Assembly: GCA_041906785.1 (NCBI GenBank)
Contig: JAYRIM010000028.1
Span: forward strand, 35,934-99,933
Source: Candidatus Levyibacteriota bacterium
GTDB lineage: Bacteria > Patescibacteriota > Microgenomatia > Levybacterales > UBA12049
Length of the DNA stretch: 64,000 nt
Direction of reading: 5' to 3'
The notes under the pieces are model-generated. The model had not been told where the DNA came from. It was given only the letters and a program-made list of their open reading frames with translations, and did not search any database. Shown piece after piece: positions 8,367 to 17,659 of the stretch. How positions within the stretch are numbered: position 1 is the stretch's first letter; every line of letters starts with the position of its first letter. Position numbers and translations under genes: made by a program.

Positions 8367-8909
8367 ATGAAAATTATACTTTCAGCACATATGGACTTAG
8401 CACGTCCTGTTATGTCAATAAAAATGAATGATAAACACCTAAATGGTTTAGTTGATAATTTCACAGGAATTTTTGCTTCCTACCAAGCATCTAGGAAAAC
8501 AGGAGTTACTGTTCATTTTACAAATTTTGAGGAGCTTGATTATGACGGGGCGGATGCAGTAGCAAAAAGCTTAGATAAAGATACGCTTGTGTTTGTCGTT
8601 GATACGATACTAGAAAAAGATGTCAATGGAAAAGTTGCATCAATTACAAATGCATATGGAATTCAAAAATATTGGGATGAACTAAAAGTAAAATTCTCAG
8701 ACGAGGTTCATTTCATTGATGGCTTCTTTGAAGAGACAGAGGATGAGACATGGATTTATGGAAATAGATATAAACTAAAAACATTTTACTTAGGAATACC
8801 TATTCCAGGTCCATACTACCACAGTACTGAATTAACTGTTCAACTTACATCTATAGATAAAATTACAGAAATTATTGTTAAACTAATAAACTTCTTTGAT
8901 TCTAAATAG
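8367..8909 (+). CDS. Hypothetical protein (180 aa)
   Basis: Clean ORF. TATAAT at 8355-8360 sits 6 nt upstream of the ATG, a leaderless-type arrangement. The N-terminal ILSAHMD faintly recalls M42/M20 peptidase metal ligands, but the protein is far too short for that fold. Confidence 0.5.
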   Translation: MKIILSAHMDLARPVMSIKMNDKHLNGLVDNFTGIFASYQASRKTGVTVHFTNFEELDYDGADAVAKSLDKDTLVFVVDTILEKDVNGKVASITNAYGIQKYWDELKVKFSDEVHFIDGFFEETEDETWIYGNRYKLKTFYLGIPIPGPYYHSTELTVQLTSIDKITEIIVKLINFFDSK

Positions 8910-8994
8910 TTCAGCTTTTGTTGATTCTACTTGTCTTTGGTGATCTGGAAAGGATAGGAGAAAAATTGTTGCAGCCGAAGAAAAACCTTGACCT

Positions 8995-9023
8995 CCGTTC
9001 CAATTCAGAAATATTTGGGTCAT
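8995..9023 (+). repeat. Intergenic repeat/motif copy C (ccgttccaattcagaaatatttgggtcat)
   Basis: Core motif shared with copies A and B. It lies about 100 nt upstream of the 9125 gene. Confidence 0.45.
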
Positions 9024-9124
9024 TTTTCGACAAGCTCACGGCTTTATATATATAAACATGCTGTATAATATACCTAATAAGTAAAAAGATTCTATTTCTT
9101 ATTAATTAGAAAATAAATAACACT

Positions 9125-9457
9125 ATGAAAACGAAAAGGACTGATATCATTATGCAAAATAAAATCTTTCTTTACATTGCATTCGGTACAACTTTCATTT
9201 TATTGATCCCTTTTTTAGCGATGCAATTAAACTGGCAATTTCCTGACCCTGGTAGCTCAACTAACAATAGAGTGAATTGGACAATTAGTGATTTTGTTGT
9301 CATGGGAACTCTTCTGTTCGTTACAGGGAGCACTTTTGTATTGGCAGCAAGAAAGTTTCCTAAACATCAACTTATTATCGGTTTAATTATCGGTTTTTTG
9401 TTTCTTTGGTTATGGGCGGAGCTTGCAGTTGGTATTTTCACAAACTGGGGGAGCTAG
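9125..9457 (+). CDS. Hypothetical small membrane protein (110 aa; the start may be the internal Met at 9152)
   Basis: Three predicted hydrophobic helices. Its 3' end overlaps the convergent NUDIX gene by 20 bp. Confidence 0.45.
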   Translation: MKTKRTDIIMQNKIFLYIAFGTTFILLIPFLAMQLNWQFPDPGSSTNNRVNWTISDFVVMGTLLFVTGSTFVLAARKFPKHQLIIGLIIGFLFLWLWAELAVGIFTNWGS

Positions 9458-9989
9458 ACCGAAATTTTCTAACTATTATTTGAATGACATTTGCTGTCAT
9501 AGCATCATTTATTTCTCCTCTATCTATCATATCCAACGCATTTGTGAATGTTACATATCTCTGTTCACTTACCTGTTCATCAGTTTCTGTTTTAGCTGTA
9601 GTGATTGATGTCGGTTCAATTACCGTGAAAAAAACAGTTACACTTTCTGAGTTGAAACTGTTTAGCGGATAAAACAAATTCAATCTCTCAATTTTATTTA
9701 CTTGTATTCCTGTCTCTTCATATAATTCTCTCTTTGCAGCTTCTTCTTCAGTCTCACCTTCATCTATTCCACCCCCAGGAATTTCCCAACTATAGGTATC
9801 TATCACATATCTGTATTCTTTATTCAGGAGAATTCGTTTATCAGTAGTTACGACAGCGATACCTACACCATCTTTTCGATCTGTGAGTGCATATGTGCTC
9901 CTCTCCCCATTTGGAAACTCTATTTCATCTTGATAAAAGGTTAGCCATTTATCTTTATATACTTCTTTTCGCGATATTCGTTTAAACAT
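9438..9989 (-). CDS. NUDIX hydrolase (ADP-ribose pyrophosphatase-like)
   Basis: 183 aa. Perfect Nudix box GGGIDEGETEEEAAKRELYEETG (Gx5Ex7REUxEExGU). Confidence 0.85.
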   Translation of the reverse strand: MFKRISRKEVYKDKWLTFYQDEIEFPNGERSTYALTDRKDGVGIAVVTTDKRILLNKEYRYVIDTYSWEIPGGGIDEGETEEEAAKRELYEETGIQVNKIERLNLFYPLNSFNSESVTVFFTVIEPTSITTAKTETDEQVSEQRYVTFTNALDMIDRGEINDAMTANVIQIIVRKFRSSSPSL

Positions 9990-10049
9990 TCATTAGCATT
10001 ATAGATTATTTACTACGTCTATGGAAGTTCATAATTAGTAGTAAACATA

Positions 10050-10847
10050 ATGGTGTATAATAGTTCTGCTAGTCACGAGACTCAAAAAATCATGAAACAA
10101 CCATTCCTTTCAGTAGTTATTCCGTGTTACGATGAAATGGCGAATCTTCGGAAGGGAGTCCTCGATAAAGTTGACCATTTTCTCAAAAAACAACAATATT
10201 CGTACGAAGTTATCATAGTTGATGATGGGTCAACTGATGGAAGTGTTGAATTTATACAAAAATTTATAAAGGAATACCCACATTTTAAGCTTATCGCGAG
10301 CGAGCATTTAGGAAAAGCAGGTGCAGTTACTAAAGGAGTATTAGAGGCGACAGGAGAACTTGTGCTTTTTACAGATATGGATCAAGCTACACCAATAGAA
10401 GAGGTAAAGAAATTGTTACCATTTTTTGACGAAGGATATAGTATCGCAATTGGGGCAAGGAACTCTGGTAAAGAAGGATATCCCTTTTCTAGATTAGCAA
10501 TGCATAAGGGTATGATTCTACTTCGAAAGATACTTGTTGGTCTTCCTGAGATTACTGATACACAGTGTGGATTCAAAATATTTTCAAAGGATGCTGCACA
10601 AAATATATTTGAGAAGGTAAGAAGTATGCATAAAGGGTTTAAAAAGATATCAGGTTCAGCAGTAAAGGCTGGATTCGATGTTGAATTATTATTATTAGCA
10701 CATAAACTTGGCTATAAAATAAAAGAAGTACCGGTTAGCTGGCTCTACGTTGAGAGTAGAAGAGTTAGCCCTTTACGTGATTCTATAGACGGCGTTTTAG
10801 ATCTCATACGGATTAAACTAAACGATCTCACAGGAAAATACGCATAA
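10050..10847 (+). CDS. GT2 polyprenyl-phosphate sugar synthase (Dpm1/GtrB-like) - alternative start at 10092
   Basis: Motifs LSVVIPCYDE ... IIVDDGSTDGS ... DMD ... QCGFK(IF) are typical of GT-A dolichyl/undecaprenyl-phosphate hexose synthases. It is the first gene of the glycosylation locus. Confidence 0.8.
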   Translation: MVYNSSASHETQKIMKQPFLSVVIPCYDEMANLRKGVLDKVDHFLKKQQYSYEVIIVDDGSTDGSVEFIQKFIKEYPHFKLIASEHLGKAGAVTKGVLEATGELVLFTDMDQATPIEEVKKLLPFFDEGYSIAIGARNSGKEGYPFSRLAMHKGMILLRKILVGLPEITDTQCGFKIFSKDAAQNIFEKVRSMHKGFKKISGSAVKAGFDVELLLLAHKLGYKIKEVPVSWLYVESRRVSPLRDSIDGVLDLIRIKLNDLTGKYA

Positions 10848-10849
10848 TT

Positions 10850-12037
10850 ATGAGAATTTTTTCTCAAAAAAAAACAGTCTTAATTTATATTCTTTCACTC
10901 GTAGCTTTATTTCTTTATTCATTCACTCAAATTTCATTAAGTCTTGCCTTAGTTAGGTATCCCGCTATCTATAGTATTCAACAGTGGTTTCAGCATATTG
11001 GATATTTTGATAGACCTTTATCAACATATATATTTTTGGTTATTTTAGTGGGAATGTTTTCTTCTTATTTCTTGTTCCTGAAAAATGCAAAAACTATCTT
11101 TAGAGAAAGAAGTTTAGTATGGAAACTTATATTCGCCACTGCCATTCTTCTCTTTTTTTCATTTCCTGCATTTTCAAACGACATATTTAACTATATTTTC
11201 GATGCGAAAATTTTCACTTTTTATGGAAAAAATCCGTATCAATACAAAGCACTTGATTTTCCAAATGATCCAATGCTCAGTTTTATGCATTGGACACATA
11301 GAACGTATCCTTATGGTCCTGTTTGGTTACTTTTAAGTATTCCTATTTCTTATATAGGGTTTCAGATATTTTTAATAACACTTTTCCTTTTTAAAATTCT
11401 AGCAGTATGCGGGTATTTAGGAAGCATCTATTTTCTTGGAAAAATTATGGAAAAAATTGATAAAGAGAAAGAGATACTTACAATTATTTTCTTTGCTTTT
11501 AATCCTCTAGTTATTATCGAATCTCTTGTTTCTGCTCATCATGATATTATCATGATATTTTTCGCATTAGCTTGCTTGCATTATCTTATTGAAAAGCGTT
11601 ACATAGTTTCGTTTATTTTCTTTCTATTATCAATAGGTATTAAATTCGTCACCATCTTTATGTTCCCTGTATTTTTAGCAATTGTTGTGATGCAGATGCT
11701 AAAAGAAAAAATACCATGGAATGCTTTTATAGGAACCCTGATTCTTTGTATGTTTTTAGGAGTCTTAGGAGCTTCACGATTTTCAGGAAATTTTCAACCA
11801 TGGTATTTGATTTTTGTTGTGCCTTTTATTGCACTTGTAGTAAAGAATGTTTTCTATGCGATTCCAGCAATGATTCTTAGTATAGGTGGGTTACTTACCT
11901 ACGTACCGTATCTCTACTTAGGAAATTGGGATAAACCTGTTCCAGATTATTTGAGAACCATTTATTTGGTATCAACTGGATTCTGCATTGCCTCAATCTT
12001 TCTACTATATAAGAAAAAAAGAGATAGTAAAACATGA
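10850..12037 (+). CDS. Polytopic membrane protein, GT-C-fold / GT87(DUF2029)-like putative glycosyltransferase (paralog group E)
   Basis: 395 aa with about 10 TM segments. N-terminal loop motif NDIFNY..DAK....GKNPYQY and an internal NPLVIIESLVSAHHDI. It is a paralog of 59714..60832 and more distantly of 42115..43389. An A9 tract sits at codons 6-8. Confidence 0.55.
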   Translation: MRIFSQKKTVLIYILSLVALFLYSFTQISLSLALVRYPAIYSIQQWFQHIGYFDRPLSTYIFLVILVGMFSSYFLFLKNAKTIFRERSLVWKLIFATAILLFFSFPAFSNDIFNYIFDAKIFTFYGKNPYQYKALDFPNDPMLSFMHWTHRTYPYGPVWLLLSIPISYIGFQIFLITLFLFKILAVCGYLGSIYFLGKIMEKIDKEKEILTIIFFAFNPLVIIESLVSAHHDIIMIFFALACLHYLIEKRYIVSFIFFLLSIGIKFVTIFMFPVFLAIVVMQMLKEKIPWNAFIGTLILCMFLGVLGASRFSGNFQPWYLIFVVPFIALVVKNVFYAIPAMILSIGGLLTYVPYLYLGNWDKPVPDYLRTIYLVSTGFCIASIFLLYKKKRDSKT

Positions 12038-12048
12038 AGCTGGAGCAT

Positions 12049-12077
12049 TTGCTTCTCTTAGCACCCTTTCGTATAAT
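12049..12077 (+). promoter_or_regulatory. Candidate internal promoter: -35 TTGCTT (12049-12054), 17-nt spacer, -10 TATAAT (12072-12077), 8 nt before the ATG at 12086
   Basis: Read directly from the sequence. It sits in the largest intergenic gap (48 bp) of the first sub-operon. The geometry implies a leaderless or near-leaderless transcript. Confidence 0.4.
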
Positions 12078-12085
12078 CATCCTAT

Positions 12086-13606
12086 ATGCGCTTTCTTAAA
12101 AAGTACAATCTGCCGTTAGGAATTTTTTTCCTTTTATCACTTCTTTATTTTACTATTCGAATCTCTACATTGCTTCAACTGCCAATTTTTACAGATGAAG
12201 CTATTTATATCAGATGGGCTCAAGTAGGATCACAAGATGCAAATTGGCGGTTTATTTCACTGACTGACGGTAAACAACCTCTCTTTACATGGCTCGTAAT
12301 GCTCACAGTTCGAATTTTTTCTGATCCTCTTTTTGCTGGAAGAATCGTTTCAGTTTTTGCAGGATTTCTCACATTGATTGGGCTTTTTTTCCTTACGTAT
12401 GAACTTTTCAGAAAGTATAAGATAGCTTTGATATCGTCAGTATTATATGTTTTTTACCCGTTTGCCTTAGTGTATGACAGAATGGCTTTATATGATAGTT
12501 CAGTCGGTACATTCGCCGTATGGGGATTATACTGTATTGTGTTGTTGGTGAGATATATTCGGTTGGATGTCGCACTGCTTCTAGGAATAGTTAGCGGGTT
12601 GGGAGTTTTAAATAAAACAAATGGTTTTTTTACAGTGTATTTACTTCCATTCTCATTAATTCTCTTTAACTGGAAAAATGATAAACGAATAGTGCGGTTT
12701 TTAAAATGGTTAGGCTTGAGCATAATTGCAGTAATTCTGACATATGGCATATACGCAATTCTCCGGCTTTCACCGTTCTTCTATATTATTGGGCAGAAAA
12801 ATGCGCTGTTTGTTTTTCCTTTTAAAGAATGGCTTCAACATCCATTCACTTTCTTTTGGGGGAACCTTTGGGCTGGAATGAGGGATTGGTTAATACGATA
12901 TTTTAGTTTTCCATTTTTAATACTTACAGTTATTTCATTTGTGATACAAAGAAAATATTTTAAAGAGAAATTGCTTCTCTTAATATGGTGTACGGTTCCT
13001 TTTTTCGCTCTCGCTTTATTCGGAAATACATTATATCCCAGATATATTTTTTTCATGACGTTGTCGTTACTTCCTTTAGTTGCATTTTCTCTTCATGAAC
13101 TATTTTTTACATTTAGATATAGAATGATAGGATTAGCAGTTACCATTCCTTTTTTACTAATTCCTCTCTGGACATTCCTTATGGTTTTAATTGATTTTCC
13201 ACATTCGCCTATTCCAGCATCTGATAGAGACCAATATAATAATGATTGGCCATCAGGAGTAGGAATTAAAGAATCAATAGCATTTTTAAAAGAGAAAGAG
13301 AGAGGGAACCATATAACGCTCTTTACACAAGGGACATTTGGACTTATGCCATATGCTTATGAAATATATACGAAAGATGAAAGCGATCGTTTTACTATAA
13401 AAGGTATTTGGCCAATTGAACACCAACCACCAAAAGATTTACTAAATTCAGCGAAGAAAGGCTCCACATATGTTGTGTTTTACCAACCATGTGTTGTATG
13501 TGAATTCCCGGGTGCTGCTCCAGATACCTGGCCAATAACAGAAATAAAAAGATATAAAAAAGTGGATGTCGATAGATATTTAATACTTTATAAGGTTAAC
13601 CCATGA
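12086..13606 (+). CDS. ArnT/PMT-like GT-C glycosyltransferase (GT39/GT83 type)
   Basis: 506 aa polytopic protein. The first periplasmic loop carries IFTDEAIYIRWA (the D-E motif of ArnT/PMT-type GT-C enzymes), followed by about 12 TM helices and a soluble C-terminal domain. Confidence 0.7.
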   Translation: MRFLKKYNLPLGIFFLLSLLYFTIRISTLLQLPIFTDEAIYIRWAQVGSQDANWRFISLTDGKQPLFTWLVMLTVRIFSDPLFAGRIVSVFAGFLTLIGLFFLTYELFRKYKIALISSVLYVFYPFALVYDRMALYDSSVGTFAVWGLYCIVLLVRYIRLDVALLLGIVSGLGVLNKTNGFFTVYLLPFSLILFNWKNDKRIVRFLKWLGLSIIAVILTYGIYAILRLSPFFYIIGQKNALFVFPFKEWLQHPFTFFWGNLWAGMRDWLIRYFSFPFLILTVISFVIQRKYFKEKLLLLIWCTVPFFALALFGNTLYPRYIFFMTLSLLPLVAFSLHELFFTFRYRMIGLAVTIPFLLIPLWTFLMVLIDFPHSPIPASDRDQYNNDWPSGVGIKESIAFLKEKERGNHITLFTQGTFGLMPYAYEIYTKDESDRFTIKGIWPIEHQPPKDLLNSAKKGSTYVVFYQPCVVCEFPGAAPDTWPITEIKRYKKVDVDRYLILYKVNP

Positions 13607-15273
13607 TTCGCTATAAAAATCATCTCCTTATTATCATCATATCCTTTATTCCTTTTCTACCGGTATTACTACGTCCGGAATTACCTCATACACATGATGG
13701 ATTAGTTCACTTGCCGCGAATGGCAGCTTTTTATAAAGCATTACTCTCAGGTCATATACCTGTACGATGGGCTGGAGAATTAAATTATGGATATGGAATG
13801 CCTTTATTTAACTTCGTATACCACATGCCTTATATTATTGCCTCATTTTTCCTGTTTTTCGGAAGCGGTTTAGTTTTTGCTTTTAAACTAACGCTTTTAG
13901 TAAGCTATATTCTGTCCGGTTTGGGAATGTATCTTTTCGCTAAAACTTTTTTTGAAGATGAAAAGAAAGGTTTTTTATGTGCAGTTTTTTATCAATTTGC
14001 AACATTCCGATTTGTCGAGTTATTTATTCGAGGGAGTTTTGGAGAGGTATATACATATTCCTTCCTACCATTTATTCTCTATAGTTTATTACAACTGCAG
14101 AGGTATCGATCTTTAAGATACTTTTTACATTCTGTTTTTTTTACAGCATGTTTGATTCTTTCACATAATTCAGTAAGTTTAATCTTTTTTGGCATAAGCT
14201 TCCTTTTTATATTGCTATTTATTAAAAATTTTAGAGATAAAATTATTAGTTTCCTTTCACTTTTTGCTGGGTTACTACTTTCTTTATATTACTGGTTACC
14301 AGCACTTGCCGAACATAAATATACCTATGGTAATTTATTTATGAAAGATCTTTACTTAGAACATTTTGCTCCTATACATCAGTTTTTTCTTCCTAATTTT
14401 ATTAATTCATCAGCTCTGCAAACGGGTGGAATTTCTGTGCAAATAGGATTTTTACATGTTTTTGCTTTACTTTTGGCATTATTTCCAGTTCTTTTACAAG
14501 ATATTCCAGTTGTTAAAAAAAACACGATAAAACTTCTCCGTTTATTCGTAGGGGTTCTTACTGGTATAGCTTTATTTTTTATGTTACCTGTCTCAAAAAT
14601 AGTATGGGGAGAAATAAGTATTCTTAGACAATTCCAATTTCCATGGAGATTTCTTTCTGTTATTGTTTTTTCATCTTCTTTAGCAAGTTTTTTTCTTTTC
14701 TCTATTCCTTTCATTAAAAAGAAAAACTTTTATTTAGGTACAATTTTTTTAGTAGTTATAACAAGTATTTGGTATTGGAACCCCTCCTTAGGATTTGAGA
14801 AAGTGAATGAGTCATATTATTGGAATTTCCCTCTTAATACAACATATTATGGTGAGACAGACGTTATTTGGTCAGCCGGTCCAGCAAAATCATATCCGAA
14901 AAAAAGAATCGAAATAATCAGCGGAAAGGGCACTGTTAATGACTTTATTAAAGAAAATCACTGCCAGACATTCACGGTTAATGCAAAAACTGATCTTTCA
15001 ATATTGAGTCATACACAATATTTTCCAGGTTGGGAGGTGTCTATTGACGGAATAAGACATACAAACGCAGTACAATTCCAAGATCCGAATCACAGAGGAG
15101 AAATCGTCTTCTCTGTACCGAAAGGTAAGCACGCCGTGCGGTTACAATTTACTGAAACGAAAATAAGGTATATCGCAGATTCAATATCCGCCGTGATTTT
15201 TTCACTGTTTGTACTTTTTCTTGTATTTCATAAACACTTAGAGAAACGTTTTTCAAAACTATATGGGAAGTAA
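13603..15273 (+). CDS. GT-C-like membrane protein, PF10131 'PTPS-related' type (paralog group B)
   Basis: 556 aa. N-terminal motif PHTHDGLVHLPRM...GHIPVRW...LNYGYGMPLFNFVYHMPY. The C-terminus is YFPGWEVSIDG...KGKHAVRLQF plus a TM anchor. The start overlaps the previous stop (ATGA). Confidence 0.6.
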   Translation: MIRYKNHLLIIIISFIPFLPVLLRPELPHTHDGLVHLPRMAAFYKALLSGHIPVRWAGELNYGYGMPLFNFVYHMPYIIASFFLFFGSGLVFAFKLTLLVSYILSGLGMYLFAKTFFEDEKKGFLCAVFYQFATFRFVELFIRGSFGEVYTYSFLPFILYSLLQLQRYRSLRYFLHSVFFTACLILSHNSVSLIFFGISFLFILLFIKNFRDKIISFLSLFAGLLLSLYYWLPALAEHKYTYGNLFMKDLYLEHFAPIHQFFLPNFINSSALQTGGISVQIGFLHVFALLLALFPVLLQDIPVVKKNTIKLLRLFVGVLTGIALFFMLPVSKIVWGEISILRQFQFPWRFLSVIVFSSSLASFFLFSIPFIKKKNFYLGTIFLVVITSIWYWNPSLGFEKVNESYYWNFPLNTTYYGETDVIWSAGPAKSYPKKRIEIISGKGTVNDFIKENHCQTFTVNAKTDLSILSHTQYFPGWEVSIDGIRHTNAVQFQDPNHRGEIVFSVPKGKHAVRLQFTETKIRYIADSISAVIFSLFVLFLVFHKHLEKRFSKLYGK

Positions 15274-17659
15274 ATATTTTGGTTTTATTTTTTCGTGTTT
15301 ATTTGTATTTTCTCTTTTTTATAAAACTTTTTTATTTGGCTTGTTACCGTTCCCTGGAGATCTATTAATTGCTGAATATTCTCCATGGAAATATGACGCA
15401 CATGTAGGTTATAGCCCGGGTTCGTATCCCAATAAAGCTCAATATTTTGATTCGCTTCGCCAAATGTATCCATGGAGAATGTTAGGAATTACTTCTTTCT
15501 CACAAGGTTTTATTCCTCTTTGGAATCCATATAATTTTTCGGGAGCGCCTTTATTAGCAAATTTTCAATCCGCTGTTTTTTATCCACTTAACATCGTTTT
15601 TTTAATTTTATCTGAACATTATGCATGGACAGGTTTGATTATTTTACAAATATTTCTAGCTCTCTGGTTTACGTATTTGTATGCAAAAGAAATTGGTCTA
15701 TCTCATTTTGGTTCCATGTTTTCTGCTATTAGTTTTGTATGTTCGTCATTCGTAATCGTTTGGCTTGAATATAATACGATTGTTCACGTAATACTTTGGC
15801 TTCCGCTTATCTTATTGTCTATTGAAAATCTTGTAAAGGCTTTTACAAAACGATGGGCTTTTGTTTTACTTTTCTCTCTCAGCTCTTCGATTTTGGCAGG
15901 ACATCCACAAGTCTTTTTTTATCTTTATCTATTTACCTTCATATACTTTATTTGGAAACTGAAATCACTTCATAAACATATACGTAATGAAACAGCTACA
16001 TTAACCTGTTTGCTTTTACCCCTAGGACTGACAGCTTTTCAAATACTACCCGGTATTGAACTTACTTTACTCTCTGCAAGAAGTAGTCATGATATCTCAA
16101 CATTATTAACAAAAATTCTTATTCAACCATGGCAGCTTATTATGGCTTTCGTTCCTGATTTTTTTGGAAACCCCGCGAACAGAAATTATTATATTTCAGA
16201 TACATATATCGGAAAAATGTTTTCAATTGGAATTATTCCATCTTTTTTTGCTTTTTATGCATTATTTACTAAAAGACGTGGTTATATTCAGCTTTTTTTC
16301 ATTACTACTATTATTATTCTTCTTCTTACTGTACATTCACCATTTACATGGGTACTGTATGCTTTTCCAATTCCATTTTTTTCTGCAAGCTCACCAACGC
16401 TCTCCTTATTTCTCATTGTTTTTTCCACAGCTTTATTAAGCGGTTTTGGAGTAGATTTATGGTTACGAGAAAAACAAACTGTTAAAATCTTTTTAAAACG
16501 CTTTTCTCAATTACCGTTATTTTTTCTCGGAATCTGGATGTATCTTACGTTTGCAAAAACTGGGATAGTTGATTCACTCTTACCTGAACAATTATCAATC
16601 ACAATACGAAATTTTCTTTTAATATCGGCAATATTATTTTTTGCGTTTATTTTGGTATTCATATCTTCATTCTTTTTACGATATAAAAAAATATTTTTTT
16701 TGGTATTACTGTTTATTTCATTAGGTGAAAGTTTTCGAAATTTTCATAAGTTTAATCCTTTTGTACCTGAACCATTAATTTTTCCTAAAAACGAAATATT
16801 TACATATTTACAAAGTACAGCAGCTACTTCGCGATTTTATGGATATGGCGCTGCAAATATCCAAGCTAACTTTGGTACGTATTATCATAATTTTTCACCT
16901 GACGGCTATGATCCGTTATATCCTAAGTCGTACGGGGAATTTATAGCGTTATCGAGAGATGGAGCTTTTCCTAATCGGTTTACTACTGAAACACGTTCAG
17001 ATGCGATGCTTGCACCTGGATTTGGTGATGAGGATTTCACAGAGAATACCTATCGTATAAAAGTTATGAATCTTTTAGGAGTTTCATATATTCTTGATAG
17101 AGAAGAAAATGGCAGTACTGCCAAACGTTTTCCTCCAGGACAATTCCCAATTGTATATAAAAATAATAATTGGATAATATATAAGAATGTTGATTCTCTA
17201 CAAAGAGCTTTTTTTGCATCTTCATATCAACTATATAAAAATGAAAAGGACTTCGAAAAAATATTTTTTTCAAAAAATTTTGATTACCAAAAAACAATCC
17301 TTTTAGAAAAACCGCTAGGAGAAAAGGCTCAGTTTGCTATTGGCAAAGCTGAGATTAGCACGTATTCACCAAATAAAATAATTATAAAGACAGAAAATAC
17401 TGGTGATGGTCTACTTTTTCTCTCCGATACATTTTTTCCCGGATGGAAAGCGTTTATCGATGAAAAAGAGACGGTAATTCATAAAGCAGATTTTACTTTT
17501 CGGGCTGTGTTAGTTCCTCCAGGTAGACACTCTGTGCGATTTATATATGATCCTGATTCATTTAAAATTGGAATAGTTATCTCTCTGTTAAGTATGATTA
17601 TCGCTTCAATATTTCTATTCTTCAAGAAAAAAGTATCATATAATGGAACTGATCTATGA
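15263..17659 (+). CDS. YfhO-family large membrane protein (GT-C-like; putative glycosyltransferase, paralog group C)
   Basis: 798 aa. N-terminal loop LWNPYNFSGAPLLANFQSAVFYPLN. C-terminal beta-rich domain LFLSDTFFPGWKAFIDEKET...ADFTFRAVLVPPGRHSVRF, then a TM anchor. Confidence 0.65.
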   Translation: MGSKYFGFIFSCLFVFSLFYKTFLFGLLPFPGDLLIAEYSPWKYDAHVGYSPGSYPNKAQYFDSLRQMYPWRMLGITSFSQGFIPLWNPYNFSGAPLLANFQSAVFYPLNIVFLILSEHYAWTGLIILQIFLALWFTYLYAKEIGLSHFGSMFSAISFVCSSFVIVWLEYNTIVHVILWLPLILLSIENLVKAFTKRWAFVLLFSLSSSILAGHPQVFFYLYLFTFIYFIWKLKSLHKHIRNETATLTCLLLPLGLTAFQILPGIELTLLSARSSHDISTLLTKILIQPWQLIMAFVPDFFGNPANRNYYISDTYIGKMFSIGIIPSFFAFYALFTKRRGYIQLFFITTIIILLLTVHSPFTWVLYAFPIPFFSASSPTLSLFLIVFSTALLSGFGVDLWLREKQTVKIFLKRFSQLPLFFLGIWMYLTFAKTGIVDSLLPEQLSITIRNFLLISAILFFAFILVFISSFFLRYKKIFFLVLLFISLGESFRNFHKFNPFVPEPLIFPKNEIFTYLQSTAATSRFYGYGAANIQANFGTYYHNFSPDGYDPLYPKSYGEFIALSRDGAFPNRFTTETRSDAMLAPGFGDEDFTENTYRIKVMNLLGVSYILDREENGSTAKRFPPGQFPIVYKNNNWIIYKNVDSLQRAFFASSYQLYKNEKDFEKIFFSKNFDYQKTILLEKPLGEKAQFAIGKAEISTYSPNKIIIKTENTGDGLLFLSDTFFPGWKAFIDEKETVIHKADFTFRAVLVPPGRHSVRFIYDPDSFKIGIVISLLSMIIASIFLFFKKKVSYNGTDL

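Noticed and set aside
8367-8909. Possible M42/M20-type peptidase call for the 180-aa protein because of an N-terminal SAHMD motif
   Set aside because: The protein is about half the length of that fold and lacks the other metal-ligand motifs. It is left as hypothetical.
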